From a virus (lineage: Duplodnaviria > Caudoviricetes): DNA of 46,503 nt. Shown one piece after another: positions 8,873 through 18,791 of the stretch. Location: the IMG/VR virus record IMGVR_UViG_3300030376_000410, positions 1 to 46,503 of that record, one strand, 5' to 3'. Within the stretch, counting starts at the first letter, position 1. Every line of letters starts with the position of its first letter. The translations under genes and the position numbers were made by a program. The notes under the pieces were generated by a model. That model had not been told where the DNA came from and did no database searches. It was given only the letters and a program-made list of their open reading frames with translations.

Positions 8873-10585
8873 TTAGTCCTGAATAGATTGAAGAAGCTGA
8901 TATACAGAATACGAGTTGCCTGACTTATCGCTAATTAAAGGTTTAAATAAATGATTATATGCTGGGTCATCTTGGTATGCGTTAAAGCTTTGTAAATACG
9001 CAGTTAAAGTTTTTTTGTCGCTTTGTAAATTATTTAACTCTTTCATTAAAGCTTCGCTTTTAACAACACCTGCTATATAAGCTGAGTCTACGCGGGCAGC
9101 ATTAGATTTTTTAATACTACCAAGAGCTTCTAAAATTTCTAGAGTTGTAGGCTCTGCCTTTTTAACACTAAGGCTAAAATCAAAATCATCTTTGTTAGCA
9201 AAATCAGGAAGAAAACTTTTATCTACCATTCTAGCCATATCATTAAGAACAATATGCTGACTAATTGTCTGAGGCAAAGTAGCAGCGTTGTTCTTGTACC
9301 TGTCTGTGTTCGTATTAAATTTAATAACTGAAGAGTCTGCAACCATATCAGCGTAAGCTGCAGTGAATGTTTTAGCTGCTAAATCTTCGTTATCTACATT
9401 TATATCTCGTAGAACATATTCAGCATAGGCATCACTAAACCCGTTAAAATCAGAGTCATGTCCGCTTTGAAAAATACCTAGCTGGTGTCTAAAATCTTGA
9501 GCAGTCGCTTCCGCCTCTGCTGGAGAAACTGATGCGGCCCTTAATGGGTCTAAACGTACAGGAGTATCTGTTACGATAGGATCGCTTACAGGATTGTCAA
9601 ACGTATCTACTTGTACTTCAGTTTTTCTATTGTAAACAATACCACCTACTGTTACTTGAGTAGTTGTAATTTTTGGTGTTGTTTGAGTTTTTACATCTGA
9701 AGTTGTTTCATCGGGTACAAAAGTTTCTTTTTCTCGACCCCACCCATCTTTTTTAACAACACGCCTACCTGTCACAGTATTTTGTTTGCCATTAATGTAA
9801 ACAGTTTGTGTATCTGCTTTTTCACTGACAACTTCGTAATCATTATCAGAAGCTTTAAAAGACTCCATAGACTTAGCAATCTTCTGGGCATCCCGCACAG
9901 GCACCCCTCTTGCCAAAGCGGATTGTGCGGCTGCTAAGGCATCTACGTCTCTTATATAACGACTGTTAATAATGCTATTAGCTGCGTCTGCTCTCAACGC
10001 CCCTCCTGACTTACCTCTAAAGAATCCTGCAACGCCTTGCGCCACAGATCCTAAAGGAGTATCGGCAATCCCGTCATTAATTTTAATAAACTTTTCAAAA
10101 GCTGTAGAGTCATTACCTACAGACATAGCAGCTTGCGTAGCTTCATTAAATAAACTTTTATTCTTTTTAGCTAGTTCTGTAGCCTGCGTGTACACATATT
10201 GATCAAAACCATCTTTTGTATATGACTGCTCATCAACATTCATTTTTAATTGTTTTTCAAGCAAAGGAATGTATTGATCTCGCAAATAACCTTCTACGCC
10301 TTGAGCATGGGCTTGAGCTTTTTTATTATTATCCAAGTGCGTAATACTTTGCTGTACTCCCGCATTGTATTTAGCTCTTGCTGCCATGATGGGTTCTTGT
10401 TGCATAAACTCAAGGGCTTTTCTTTCACTATTAGTCTGAGCAATAGAGCCTAAAAGCTTGCCGCCCATCTGCAAGTAACCTTCTATCTTTTGATCTTTTC
10501 TACGTCTTCTTGCAGCCTTATCACGCTCTTCTCGGTTAGTGCGTTGTGTCGCAAGGAGGGATTCTCCTAAATCTTCAATAGCCAT
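8873..10585 (-). CDS. Putative internal virion protein
   Basis: 570 aa helical ORF in the ejection-protein cluster; function inferred from position only. Confidence 0.6.
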   Translation of the reverse strand: MAIEDLGESLLATQRTNREERDKAARRRRKDQKIEGYLQMGGKLLGSIAQTNSERKALEFMQQEPIMAARAKYNAGVQQSITHLDNNKKAQAHAQGVEGYLRDQYIPLLEKQLKMNVDEQSYTKDGFDQYVYTQATELAKKNKSLFNEATQAAMSVGNDSTAFEKFIKINDGIADTPLGSVAQGVAGFFRGKSGGALRADAANSIINSRYIRDVDALAAAQSALARGVPVRDAQKIAKSMESFKASDNDYEVVSEKADTQTVYINGKQNTVTGRRVVKKDGWGREKETFVPDETTSDVKTQTTPKITTTQVTVGGIVYNRKTEVQVDTFDNPVSDPIVTDTPVRLDPLRAASVSPAEAEATAQDFRHQLGIFQSGHDSDFNGFSDAYAEYVLRDINVDNEDLAAKTFTAAYADMVADSSVIKFNTNTDRYKNNAATLPQTISQHIVLNDMARMVDKSFLPDFANKDDFDFSLSVKKAEPTTLEILEALGSIKKSNAARVDSAYIAGVVKSEALMKELNNLQSDKKTLTAYLQSFNAYQDDPAYNHLFKPLISDKSGNSYSVYQLLQSIQD

Positions 10586-11146
10586 TTACTGCTCCATACT
10601 TAATAGACTTGGTGTCTCGGGTTGCGCTTCAGGCGGCCCTTCAGGGGGCGGTTTCATTTCTTGTATACGCTCTTCTATTTCTTGAGGCAAAGGTATGTTA
10701 CTTGTCTGCTGTGCTTCTTGTAGTCTTTGAAGGACTTCGTAGTCTGCACTATGCCCATCTAGTTCTTCTTCTTCACCGTCTATACCATCAATACTAAAAT
10801 CAATATCTGCTCTTTCGCAAAGGGCCATAAAAATATATACAGTAGGTTCAATCAACAGCACCATAAGATCAGGATTTATTTTACCATTGTTATACATTTG
10901 AAACAAAAGAACTTTGGTTATTTCCATAAGCGAAGTACCATTAGCAATCACTTCCATGAACTGCATGTAGTTTTCTTCTTCTGTTATTTTTTCAAATATA
11001 AAGTTTGTGGCCGCATTAATTGTTGTAAACTCAGGCGGCTTTTCAAATGGTAAGGGAGTATCTGGATCGTTAGCAAAAGATTCTCCGGGTACTGACCTAG
11101 ACATCCTAGCTTTTATAAGATCTGTATTAATTTCTGGCATACTCAT
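10586..11146 (-). CDS. Putative internal virion protein
   Basis: 186 aa; VPGESFANDP...PFEKPPEF motif typical of podovirus core-gene clusters. Confidence 0.6.
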   Translation of the reverse strand: MSMPEINTDLIKARMSRSVPGESFANDPDTPLPFEKPPEFTTINAATNFIFEKITEEENYMQFMEVIANGTSLMEITKVLLFQMYNNGKINPDLMVLLIEPTVYIFMALCERADIDFSIDGIDGEEEELDGHSADYEVLQRLQEAQQTSNIPLPQEIEERIQEMKPPPEGPPEAQPETPSLLSMEQ

Positions 11147-11149
11147 AAT

Positions 11150-12595
11150 TTATCTCCCATATCCTACTGCGCCGGGAAAGGCCATCGTAGGGCTTTGATA
11201 CATCATTCCTTGATTTAAAAAGTCCATAGAAATTGCACCTGCGCCATAGTTTCCTGCGTTCAAAACTGGAGTCATGTCTACAGCAGCAAAGTCAAATTGA
11301 GGCAAAACATCTGCTATGTAACCTCTTCCTCCACCAGACATTTCTATTTCTTCAGGTGTGGCAAATGCTCCTGCTGCCTTTTGCAACATCGGAATCCCCA
11401 CAGAAATAGGATCATCAATAGCTGCATTTATGCTTCTGTTAACGCCTGCCATACCACGCTCAAACAACGAAGGCTTTGCTGCTTCTCCAGCTATACCTGC
11501 TACATCAGTAACCTTGCCAGTGTTTAAAAGACCTCTTTCAAAGTCTGTTGTGCCGGGAGCATACTGAGGTTGAGAAGGCATGATGTATTGATTAGCATCT
11601 GCAAAGTCCAAAGGCTTACCTACTATTTCTTCTACAGGACTCAACAAACTTTGAGTGGCTTTTTCATAAGATAAACCACTATAGTCTGCGAGATCAGGGA
11701 CAGCCGGGGTAGAACTATAAGCTGCTAAAGTAGTTTGACTTTGATCCAAGACAGCTTGGCTGGCATCTAAAGCGCCTCCCGTAAGATCTGGTAAGCCCTC
11801 TCCCGTAGGATTAAAGTTTAAGTTCAACTCTCCGGGCTTGTATCCTGTCTCTGGAACTTTTAAAATATTTTCAAACTCTAAAGGATCTGCTGCTGGGTTA
11901 AACCCTGCAATAGTTGCTTGAGCATTAGCTTGAATAGCTTTTATGTTAGGAGAAATTTTACTAAAGTCTAAGTTTAAGTTTTGACCTGTATTAGCTAAGT
12001 TACCAAAAGTATTTTCATTTAAAACTGTATTTGGATTTAATTTTTGTAAATTTTCTACGGATAAACCTGTAGAGCTACTAAGCTTATCAAGTGTCATACC
12101 TTTAGATAAAGTAACATTATCTCGAAAAGGATTCAGTATATTACCCGCATCCATTTTAATTCCTTCCATCACACTATCAGCACCAAAAAAGTTTGCCTTG
12201 GCACTGCTTATATTAATACCGGGAATTTTATTTAATGCAGTTTTACCAAACTCCATGATGCCGCTCGTCACAGTTTTAAAAGCGTTGACACCTGTCTGCA
12301 CAAAACCGTGGGCACCTTTTAATACAGTACCTACGCCTTTAACAACACTGCCTAAAGCAGAGCCTTGAAGCCCCGCAAACTTACCAGTAAGACTAGCCAT
12401 CTTACCTGCCATTCCTCCTAAGCCTTTCATTAAGGCTCCTCCTATTCCCGGAAGAATAAACATCATAGCTAGTTGACCAACTATGCCAATCTTACCCATG
12501 AATTTACCAAATTTCTTAAAGCCTTTCTTGATTGCTCTACCAATCTTTTTAAAGACCTTACCAATACCTTTAAATATTTTTTTGAAAAAACCCAT
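11150..12595 (-). CDS. Putative DNA transfer/pilot protein with amphipathic N-terminus and internal LysM-like domain
   Basis: MGFFKKIFKGIGKVFKKIG amphipathic helix, Gly-rich hydrophobic stretch, and VTLSKGMTLDKLSSSTGLSVENLQKLNP...GQNLNL. Confidence 0.65.
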   Translation of the reverse strand: MGFFKKIFKGIGKVFKKIGRAIKKGFKKFGKFMGKIGIVGQLAMMFILPGIGGALMKGLGGMAGKMASLTGKFAGLQGSALGSVVKGVGTVLKGAHGFVQTGVNAFKTVTSGIMEFGKTALNKIPGINISSAKANFFGADSVMEGIKMDAGNILNPFRDNVTLSKGMTLDKLSSSTGLSVENLQKLNPNTVLNENTFGNLANTGQNLNLDFSKISPNIKAIQANAQATIAGFNPAADPLEFENILKVPETGYKPGELNLNFNPTGEGLPDLTGGALDASQAVLDQSQTTLAAYSSTPAVPDLADYSGLSYEKATQSLLSPVEEIVGKPLDFADANQYIMPSQPQYAPGTTDFERGLLNTGKVTDVAGIAGEAAKPSLFERGMAGVNRSINAAIDDPISVGIPMLQKAAGAFATPEEIEMSGGGRGYIADVLPQFDFAAVDMTPVLNAGNYGAGAISMDFLNQGMMYQSPTMAFPGAVGYGR

Positions 12596-15500
12596 TATGT
12601 AATCCCATTAATAAGAGTGAATAATCTGTCTACATTAGTAGACTTTTCTGCGCCACCTGTAGCTCCCTCGTTAGCTAAGGCTGTAGCATACAGAGTAGTT
12701 TTTCTTTGCTGTTCATTTTCAAAAGCAGTTCTTACATAGGACGCATCGTCCCGTAAGTTCTGCCATAAAAAAGCCATTTCTGCCGAGTCCATTTGGAAGA
12801 CTTGTTGAGCATTCAGCATGTTAGAAGCATTCTGTGCTGCCGTATCAATTGTATTTGATTTTCTACGCCACTCAATATTAGACTGCTCTACAGCTTGAGC
12901 ATTTGCAGCATTCCATGTTTCTCTTTGCAGATCCATGTTTTCATTAAACTGGTCTGCTGTAAGTTTTAAACTTGCATTATGTTTAGATACATCTGTAGCA
13001 TTTTGAGCGTTGATTGCAGAAATTCTATTTTTTTCTGCGGCATTAAACTGTTTCATTGCATTATTTTGTCCGACATTAAACTGACGCATTGAGGCTTCTG
13101 TAGAAGTTAAAAATTGATTTACTTGATTTTCAGAAGTAGCATTGAATTGCCTACGCGCATTCTCAGCTGCTTGATCTGATAAAAGTCGTTGTTGTTTGGC
13201 TTGCTGGTCAAACATAAGAGCTTGCTGCTCATTATTTAAATTAGCCATATCCATAGACAAAAAACTTTGAGCATTTGTAATCGCTACTTTTGTTCTTTGA
13301 TCCACTGCTGCCATATCTAAACTTGCAAGGGCTGTAGCATTTTGAAGCATAGCTTGCTGTTCATTACTTAAATCTGCAAGCACAAGAGTTTGCATAGCTT
13401 TACTGTTGGCAAGTTCAACTTGTTGAGCCGCATTAAACTTTGTAAGGTCTACATTAGCAACCATAGAAGCATGTTGAATAGCTCTTTGTTGATCTACATT
13501 AAGTTGAGCTTGATTCATTTCTGAAGCAATTTTACCTTGCAGCAAATTAGTTTGCAGCCTAGCGTTTAGATTAGCTAACTCTGTTTGTTGTGCAGCACTA
13601 AGATTTTCAGATTCATTTTGATTTCTAGCAGACAGATTAGCTAAGCGCATTTGCTGATCATTAGAAAGATTAGCAAGCTCCATTTGTTGTTTAAACGCTG
13701 CATTCTTTGAAAGAAAATCTGCAGCTAACTGCATTTCTACAAGGCGCTCTTGATTTTCAACAGTCATGTTCTCACGCTCAGTGGCGTCCATGTACTTCAT
13801 TTCAGCCAGCTCTATCTGCTGCTCATTACCAAGCTCCATAGCATTAATAGACTGTTGATTCTGAGAGCGTAACATTGCTGCTTGCTGCTCATTCGCAAGA
13901 TTTTGAGTACGTGTTTGCTGTTGTTGTTGTGCGCTGGTAAGTACTGCTTGTTGATTAAAGTTGCTTTGCAGCACTCCCATTTGTTGAGCCATTTGTGCAG
14001 TCTGTGAAGCTGCTGTCTGCCTGTTAGACAAGTTAGCCATACGACGTTGCATATCTTGAGTAGACTGTGCAAGGTTTGCCTGCTGCTCATTAGATAAGTT
14101 TTGTGCTGCGCGTTGCTGAAGGGCCTGTGCGTTGCTCTGCGCCATAGGCAATGCACTTTGTATAATGGCATTAAAAAGCGCGTCACGGCCCACTGTAGAA
14201 GCTGAGAGGCCCCTTTGAGCAAGCTTTTGTTCTACAGCCGCTAATGCTGGTTTAGCCCACGCAGGCGTTTCTCCATCTTCTAATCCGCCAAGAAGTGAAT
14301 CCATTTGCGAAGACACAAGAGCTTCTGTAGGCAGGGCTGCTACGGCGGCTCGAACTTCTACAGGCTGATCATCAATCTGGGCTTCTACTGTTGCAGGATC
14401 TTCTACTACAGCTGCGGATATATCAGGAGGTAAGTTACCGACAGCGGCTACCATTTCTGCTGCTGCCCCCTTAGCGGCTGTGCCTGTAACAGAACGTCTT
14501 TTAGAAGCTTCATAGCCTACTACTTCATTAATAACCGCAGCATCTCCATCGGGAGCAGGCTCACCTGTAATCTCTTTTCTTTGATTTTCTTCAGCGGCTT
14601 TTGTAGAAGAAACTTGAGCTTCTTCTCCAGTAACCTTACCTGCAAAAGATCTAGGATCAATAGTAAATTCAGCGTCTTTAGCTAAAGTGCTTTCTTTTTG
14701 CTCATCTGTTGTTGTTTTAGCTACGGCTTCTTGAGTAAGCTCTCTAATTTCTTCAGGATCTGCAACAGCTTCTTTGCTTACAGTACCCTCTGCGGCTTCT
14801 GTAGGATCTAATTTTCCTGCTTTTTCTGCCCTATACTCAGCAGCATCAAAGTCATCTACACTTTTAGCTTGATCAGTGTCTGTAACAGACGTTGCTGTAG
14901 CTACCCCGGCCTCTGCCTTATCTCTTGTAACAGCAGTGGGGGTAGTATCTAACTTTTGAACTTCAGTACTTATTCCTGCTGCCAACTTGTCAGCATCAGA
15001 TGCGTTTTTGCCCACAATAGAAACATCTAATTTTTCTACATCAGATTTATTTATAGTTGGTTTGTTGGGGGGAGTTATTATAGGGCGAGGAATACTTTCA
15101 ACAAACTCCTCTAAATTTGTTTTTTTACCTGCCATATTATTTCCTTGTCTTTGAGATGTCGTTGTGTTATTAGCAATGTCTGTAGTAGAGCCGCTACCAC
15201 CGCCCTCTGTCACATTTACAAAATTGTCATCAGAATATGTCCCTCTAGAAGCTTCTCCTTGTCTAGCTTTCCAAGCATTGTGTGCTTTTTTCCACGCATT
15301 CTGGCCTCCAATGCCTCCGGGATATTGATTCCTTCTAGGTTCTGAGTAGTTAGTAGAGGGTGCTGTAGTAGTAGGTGTAGTAGTAGTAGTAGTTGTAGTA
15401 GGATTTTTAACAGTCACACTACCTACATTTCTTGCAGAAGTAGTCTCTATATTTGGACGATTAGCTAGACCTACTGTAACAGAACCTTTTTCTTCTCCTG

Positions 15501-15681
15501 AAGGTTGAGTTGTTACAGGAGTAGAAACTTGTTGTCTTTTTATATCTTCTGGATTAAAAGTAAGGGGGATATTTTTAAGATTAAGACCTCCACCTATTCC
15601 TATACCACCAACCATCTTACGCTTTCGCTTTAAAGCTTTTAAAACCTTCTTGGTATTTCTACTAGATCTTTTATTACTCAT
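12595..15681 (-). CDS. Long Gln/Asn/Ala-rich coiled-coil virion protein (probable ejection conduit)
   Basis: 1028 aa; disordered Thr-rich N-half, repeated (A)NLSNxQQ units in the C-half. Confidence 0.65.
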   Translation of the reverse strand: MSNKRSSRNTKKVLKALKRKRKMVGGIGIGGGLNLKNIPLTFNPEDIKRQQVSTPVTTQPSGEEKGSVTVGLANRPNIETTSARNVGSVTVKNPTTTTTTTTPTTTAPSTNYSEPRRNQYPGGIGGQNAWKKAHNAWKARQGEASRGTYSDDNFVNVTEGGGSGSTTDIANNTTTSQRQGNNMAGKKTNLEEFVESIPRPIITPPNKPTINKSDVEKLDVSIVGKNASDADKLAAGISTEVQKLDTTPTAVTRDKAEAGVATATSVTDTDQAKSVDDFDAAEYRAEKAGKLDPTEAAEGTVSKEAVADPEEIRELTQEAVAKTTTDEQKESTLAKDAEFTIDPRSFAGKVTGEEAQVSSTKAAEENQRKEITGEPAPDGDAAVINEVVGYEASKRRSVTGTAAKGAAAEMVAAVGNLPPDISAAVVEDPATVEAQIDDQPVEVRAAVAALPTEALVSSQMDSLLGGLEDGETPAWAKPALAAVEQKLAQRGLSASTVGRDALFNAIIQSALPMAQSNAQALQQRAAQNLSNEQQANLAQSTQDMQRRMANLSNRQTAASQTAQMAQQMGVLQSNFNQQAVLTSAQQQQQTRTQNLANEQQAAMLRSQNQQSINAMELGNEQQIELAEMKYMDATERENMTVENQERLVEMQLAADFLSKNAAFKQQMELANLSNDQQMRLANLSARNQNESENLSAAQQTELANLNARLQTNLLQGKIASEMNQAQLNVDQQRAIQHASMVANVDLTKFNAAQQVELANSKAMQTLVLADLSNEQQAMLQNATALASLDMAAVDQRTKVAITNAQSFLSMDMANLNNEQQALMFDQQAKQQRLLSDQAAENARRQFNATSENQVNQFLTSTEASMRQFNVGQNNAMKQFNAAEKNRISAINAQNATDVSKHNASLKLTADQFNENMDLQRETWNAANAQAVEQSNIEWRRKSNTIDTAAQNASNMLNAQQVFQMDSAEMAFLWQNLRDDASYVRTAFENEQQRKTTLYATALANEGATGGAEKSTNVDRLFTLINGIT

Positions 15682-15684
15682 TAT

Positions 15685-15918
15685 TTAACCTAAGTGTGCA
15701 ACAATAACAGAAGAGGCACCAGCAAATACAACGCCTACAACAAGCCATGCAAGTCTTTCCCATCGTGCAGCATGAGATGCAGCTAACTCTCTTAACTGTT
15801 TTAGCTCTGCTGTAGCTTCTCCCCAACGCTCACCACATTCTTTCTCATGTTGAGCAATCTTTTCCAAAGCCTCTAAAGCTAAATCCATCTCAGTTTTTAC
15901 TGCCATATCTAGTTTCAC
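15685..15918 (-). CDS. Small membrane protein (coiled coil plus C-terminal TM)
   Basis: HEKECGERW motif followed by WLVVGVVFAGASSVIV; start may be the ATG at 15906. Confidence 0.7.
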   Translation of the reverse strand: MKLDMAVKTEMDLALEALEKIAQHEKECGERWGEATAELKQLRELAASHAARWERLAWLVVGVVFAGASSVIVAHLG

Positions 15919-16077
15919 CTACTGCTTGGCTTTGCCAATATTAATGGCTAATAAGTCTATAAACTTGTAAAGCTTTGCAATCCACTCATCATCTTTAGGA
16001 GTAGGTGTTGAAGCTGCAATAATAGAAGCTACTGTAACAATTGTTGTAACAGTATTAATAATAATAATTAAATCCAT
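15919..16077 (-). CDS. Small membrane protein, possible second holin (not in ORF track)
   Basis: 52 aa MDLIIIINTVTTIVTVASIIAASTPTPKDDEWIAKLYKFIDLLAINIGKAKQ; AAGGAG RBS. Confidence 0.8.
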   Translation of the reverse strand: MDLIIIINTVTTIVTVASIIAASTPTPKDDEWIAKLYKFIDLLAINIGKAKQ

Positions 16078-16123
16078 TTTAAACTCCTTTAAAGATTATA
16101 ACATACTTTTAGTGGTTTGTAAA

Positions 16124-16417
16124 CTACCAAGGTGTACCAGTTGCTGTTACAGGTGCTTTCTGCTCTGCAATGTTTGCAGTCAGTGCTGCTTCAGTAGCAT
16201 CTTTGTCTACCTCTGCCTGAACCCATCCTAGTACTGTAGACTCAGTAAGGTCTGCATAAGCTACAAAGCCTTCAGCAGATGCGTCAGGTGTAAAGCCTAC
16301 AGTGCCATAAGAAGATGCAGAGTAATCTCCATCTACTTCAGATACTGTCCAGTGTGCAACAGTTACGCCGCCATCTGATGTGTTGCGTTCAAGTGTTGAT
16401 ATAGTCCATGTAGCCAT
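16124..16417 (-). CDS. Conserved tail-fibre-associated protein
   Basis: 97 aa WTISTLER...AHW...FVAYADLTESTVLGWV...GTPW pattern, downstream of fibre genes. Confidence 0.7.
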   Translation of the reverse strand: MATWTISTLERNTSDGGVTVAHWTVSEVDGDYSASSYGTVGFTPDASAEGFVAYADLTESTVLGWVQAEVDKDATEAALTANIAEQKAPVTATGTPW

Positions 16418-16671
16418 TATGGTGTCTCCTTCTGTGCAGCTTCATAGGCTGCTATAGCTTCTGATGTGTGGAACGTATTGCACATGGCTTGAACCTCTGT
16501 GCTTTCACCAGACCAATCGTCTGCTGGGTTCACAACGTGTCGATGAAAGGATCTGCTGACCTCTTCATCATCCCTTTTAATAATAGTAGCTGTACGGACT
16601 TGGATGACTTTCCAGCCTCCGCAATCTACTACTTCAATTTTGTCTTCTACTATTGCTTCTGAAAGTGCCAT
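16417..16671 (-). CDS. Tail-fibre-associated small protein (possible chaperone)
   Basis: 84 aa DKIEVV...IQVRTATII...SRSFHRHVV pattern, which typically follows LDDYEEGT-type fibres. Confidence 0.7.
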   Translation of the reverse strand: MALSEAIVEDKIEVVDCGGWKVIQVRTATIIKRDDEEVSRSFHRHVVNPADDWSGESTEVQAMCNTFHTSEAIAAYEAAQKETP

Positions 16672-16691
16672 GTTTAGCTCCTTGATGTAAA

Positions 16692-17528
16692 TTAATCGAC
16701 GGTGTAGTGCCCAGAGACCATGAAGTATTGGGTACCGCCATTGTAATTCACGCTGCTGACAGAGTTGTTGCCAACAAAATACGCGACGGTACTATTCAGT
16801 GAGGAATAACCACTTGTTGCATCCGTTGTGGCGGTATTATGTGCTGAGAAAAAACAGGCATAATTGTGTGAGGCATTGCTTGTTGTAAAAGGAAGACCCG
16901 TAATCTTTGCCTGAACAGTCGTGAAAGTTTTGGCTCCAGTGTAATACTGCCAAAAAACTGTGTTCCCTATTTTCGTGTAATATGCGGTGTTGTTACCTCC
17001 TGACGTACCGTTTACCGTAACCGTGAACGTGCCTTCTTCGTAATCGTCTAACAAATTAGACGCTGAAGTTGCGTTGCTTTGCAGTCCTGCCGCTGCTCCG
17101 AAGTTTACACCGCCTGCTAGGTAGAGGTCTTTGAAGCGTACTGATGACAGCCCAAGGTCTACTGCGTTATCCGCTGTGGCACCAGTATTGTTTGTGGGTA
17201 GGTAATACCCTTCGCCAAGACGAAGCCCAACATGATTAGCAGTGTTACTATAAAGAACAATATCGTTTGTTCCTTCTATAGCAATACTACCTACGGCTGC
17301 GCCTGCCTTATAAAACTCAAGGATGCTACCGTCAGAATCAATACTGTTCAGAGCTAAAGTTGAAGCATCACCAGCGTCACTTTGTATCTCCATCTTTGCA
17401 GTAGTGAATACTGAAGTACGGTTGACCATCACATTCTCACTACTATCAATAGTTATAGCAGTAGCATTGGAGTTATCAACGATCCCCGGAGTACTTGATA
17501 GTTCTATTGGAACTTGTGTTACTGACAT
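16692..17528 (-). CDS. Short tail fibre / receptor-binding protein 3
   Basis: 278 aa; AITIDSSENV repeat, DNAVDLG..SVRFKDLYL and LDDYEEGTFT...YTKIGNTV...GLPF domain. Confidence 0.8.
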   Translation of the reverse strand: MSVTQVPIELSSTPGIVDNSNATAITIDSSENVMVNRTSVFTTAKMEIQSDAGDASTLALNSIDSDGSILEFYKAGAAVGSIAIEGTNDIVLYSNTANHVGLRLGEGYYLPTNNTGATADNAVDLGLSSVRFKDLYLAGGVNFGAAAGLQSNATSASNLLDDYEEGTFTVTVNGTSGGNNTAYYTKIGNTVFWQYYTGAKTFTTVQAKITGLPFTTSNASHNYACFFSAHNTATTDATSGYSSLNSTVAYFVGNNSVSSVNYNGGTQYFMVSGHYTVD

Positions 17529-17540
17529 TAGTTGTTCTCC

Positions 17541-18791
17541 TTAGATTGCTGAGATGATGAAGGCGAGTAGTTCGTTATATCTCACGCTCATTCTTGTAAC
17601 TTCTTCGCCGCTGGTTTCATCTGTCCATGTGTCACTACACCACATGCTGTAACGTGCGGGGTCTAATCCTTCCGCTATAAATGCGTCTCTTAGGTCTTGA
17701 GAAATAATACCAACGTGGATTCGAGCATCGTCGCCTTTTTTGGTAACTGAGGACTTCCACCGGAACTTTCTTATCAAACCCTTGCAAGCTACAGCAACAC
17801 GCTTTTCAGCGTCTGTCAGTTCTTCTATGTCTTGCTTCTCATTGCGGTCACTAGTGTTGATACCGCCGGTAGAAAACACATCATCCCATCGGGAGTTGGC
17901 TGAGCCGATATCCATGACGTTGTCTAAGTTCGCCTGTGTTGTTTTATTCCAAGGACGAACATCCACTTGGTCATTAAAATAAATTGCACCGTTTCCGCTT
18001 CCACCGATATATGTGGAGTTTGAAGCAATACCAATAGCGCCTTTTGTCGAGCCGTCCTTGTTGATCTGAACAACTTCGCCATCGCTAGACAGCCTATTAA
18101 AGTTACAAACATTACCGCCGTCCCGTACGGCGCTTAAAAGACCATCATTACGGAGGATAACCCCAGCGTTGCTGGAGTATTCAAGAGTAGTCTTCCCCAC
18201 CAGCAAGTTGCTAGATTCGTCTATACGCATTGATTCTGCCCACGAAATGCTTGAATCAGCTGATCCGCTTGCAGCGTTAAACCAACGATGTGTCCCGCCT
18301 GTCTGCTCATACGAGTGGGCGTAGCCAGTTCCAATGCGCTTATAAGCTCCATCGTAGTAAGCGTTACTAAACACTCTAGCGTTATCGCCACCTGAAGTTA
18401 TTAAGGATGCAACACCAACTTGTAAAACTTCAGTAAACGCAGAATGCCATGCTTCTGGAACAACACCAATACCCACGTTGCCTGATGAGTCAATACGCAT
18501 GCGTTCTGTGTTGTCAGTGAACAGAGTCAAGTTCTTACTTGAGTCATACCCAATATAGCCACTATCACCATCTGCTTGACCAGTTGAAGCTAACTGAACG
18601 TAGACTTGAGAACCGCCTGCTTCAAACTTACCTGCTGTGGAGATTCCACTTGCACCTTTAGAATGAAAAGTTCTTGCAGGAGCAGTACCAATACCCACAT
18701 TCTCACTACTATCAATCGTTATAGCAGTAGCATTCCCGTTGTCTACAATGCTTGTACTCAGGAGTCCTCTGGATACTTGTGTTAAAGCCAT
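17541..18791 (-). CDS. Tail fibre 2 with C-terminal peptidase S74 intramolecular chaperone
   Basis: 416 aa; ERMRIDSSGNVGIG repeats; TSDRNEKQDI...HVGIISQD...VRYNELLAF S74 motif. Confidence 0.85.
   Translation of the reverse strand: MALTQVSRGLLSTSIVDNGNATAITIDSSENVGIGTAPARTFHSKGASGISTAGKFEAGGSQVYVQLASTGQADGDSGYIGYDSSKNLTLFTDNTERMRIDSSGNVGIGVVPEAWHSAFTEVLQVGVASLITSGGDNARVFSNAYYDGAYKRIGTGYAHSYEQTGGTHRWFNAASGSADSSISWAESMRIDESSNLLVGKTTLEYSSNAGVILRNDGLLSAVRDGGNVCNFNRLSSDGEVVQINKDGSTKGAIGIASNSTYIGGSGNGAIYFNDQVDVRPWNKTTQANLDNVMDIGSANSRWDDVFSTGGINTSDRNEKQDIEELTDAEKRVAVACKGLIRKFRWKSSVTKKGDDARIHVGIISQDLRDAFIAEGLDPARYSMWCSDTWTDETSGEEVTRMSVRYNELLAFIISAI

Noticed and set aside
15360-15400. (GTA)n microsatellite as a phase-variation switch
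   Set aside because: Triplet unit encoding poly-Thr in a disordered region; slippage would not shift the frame.
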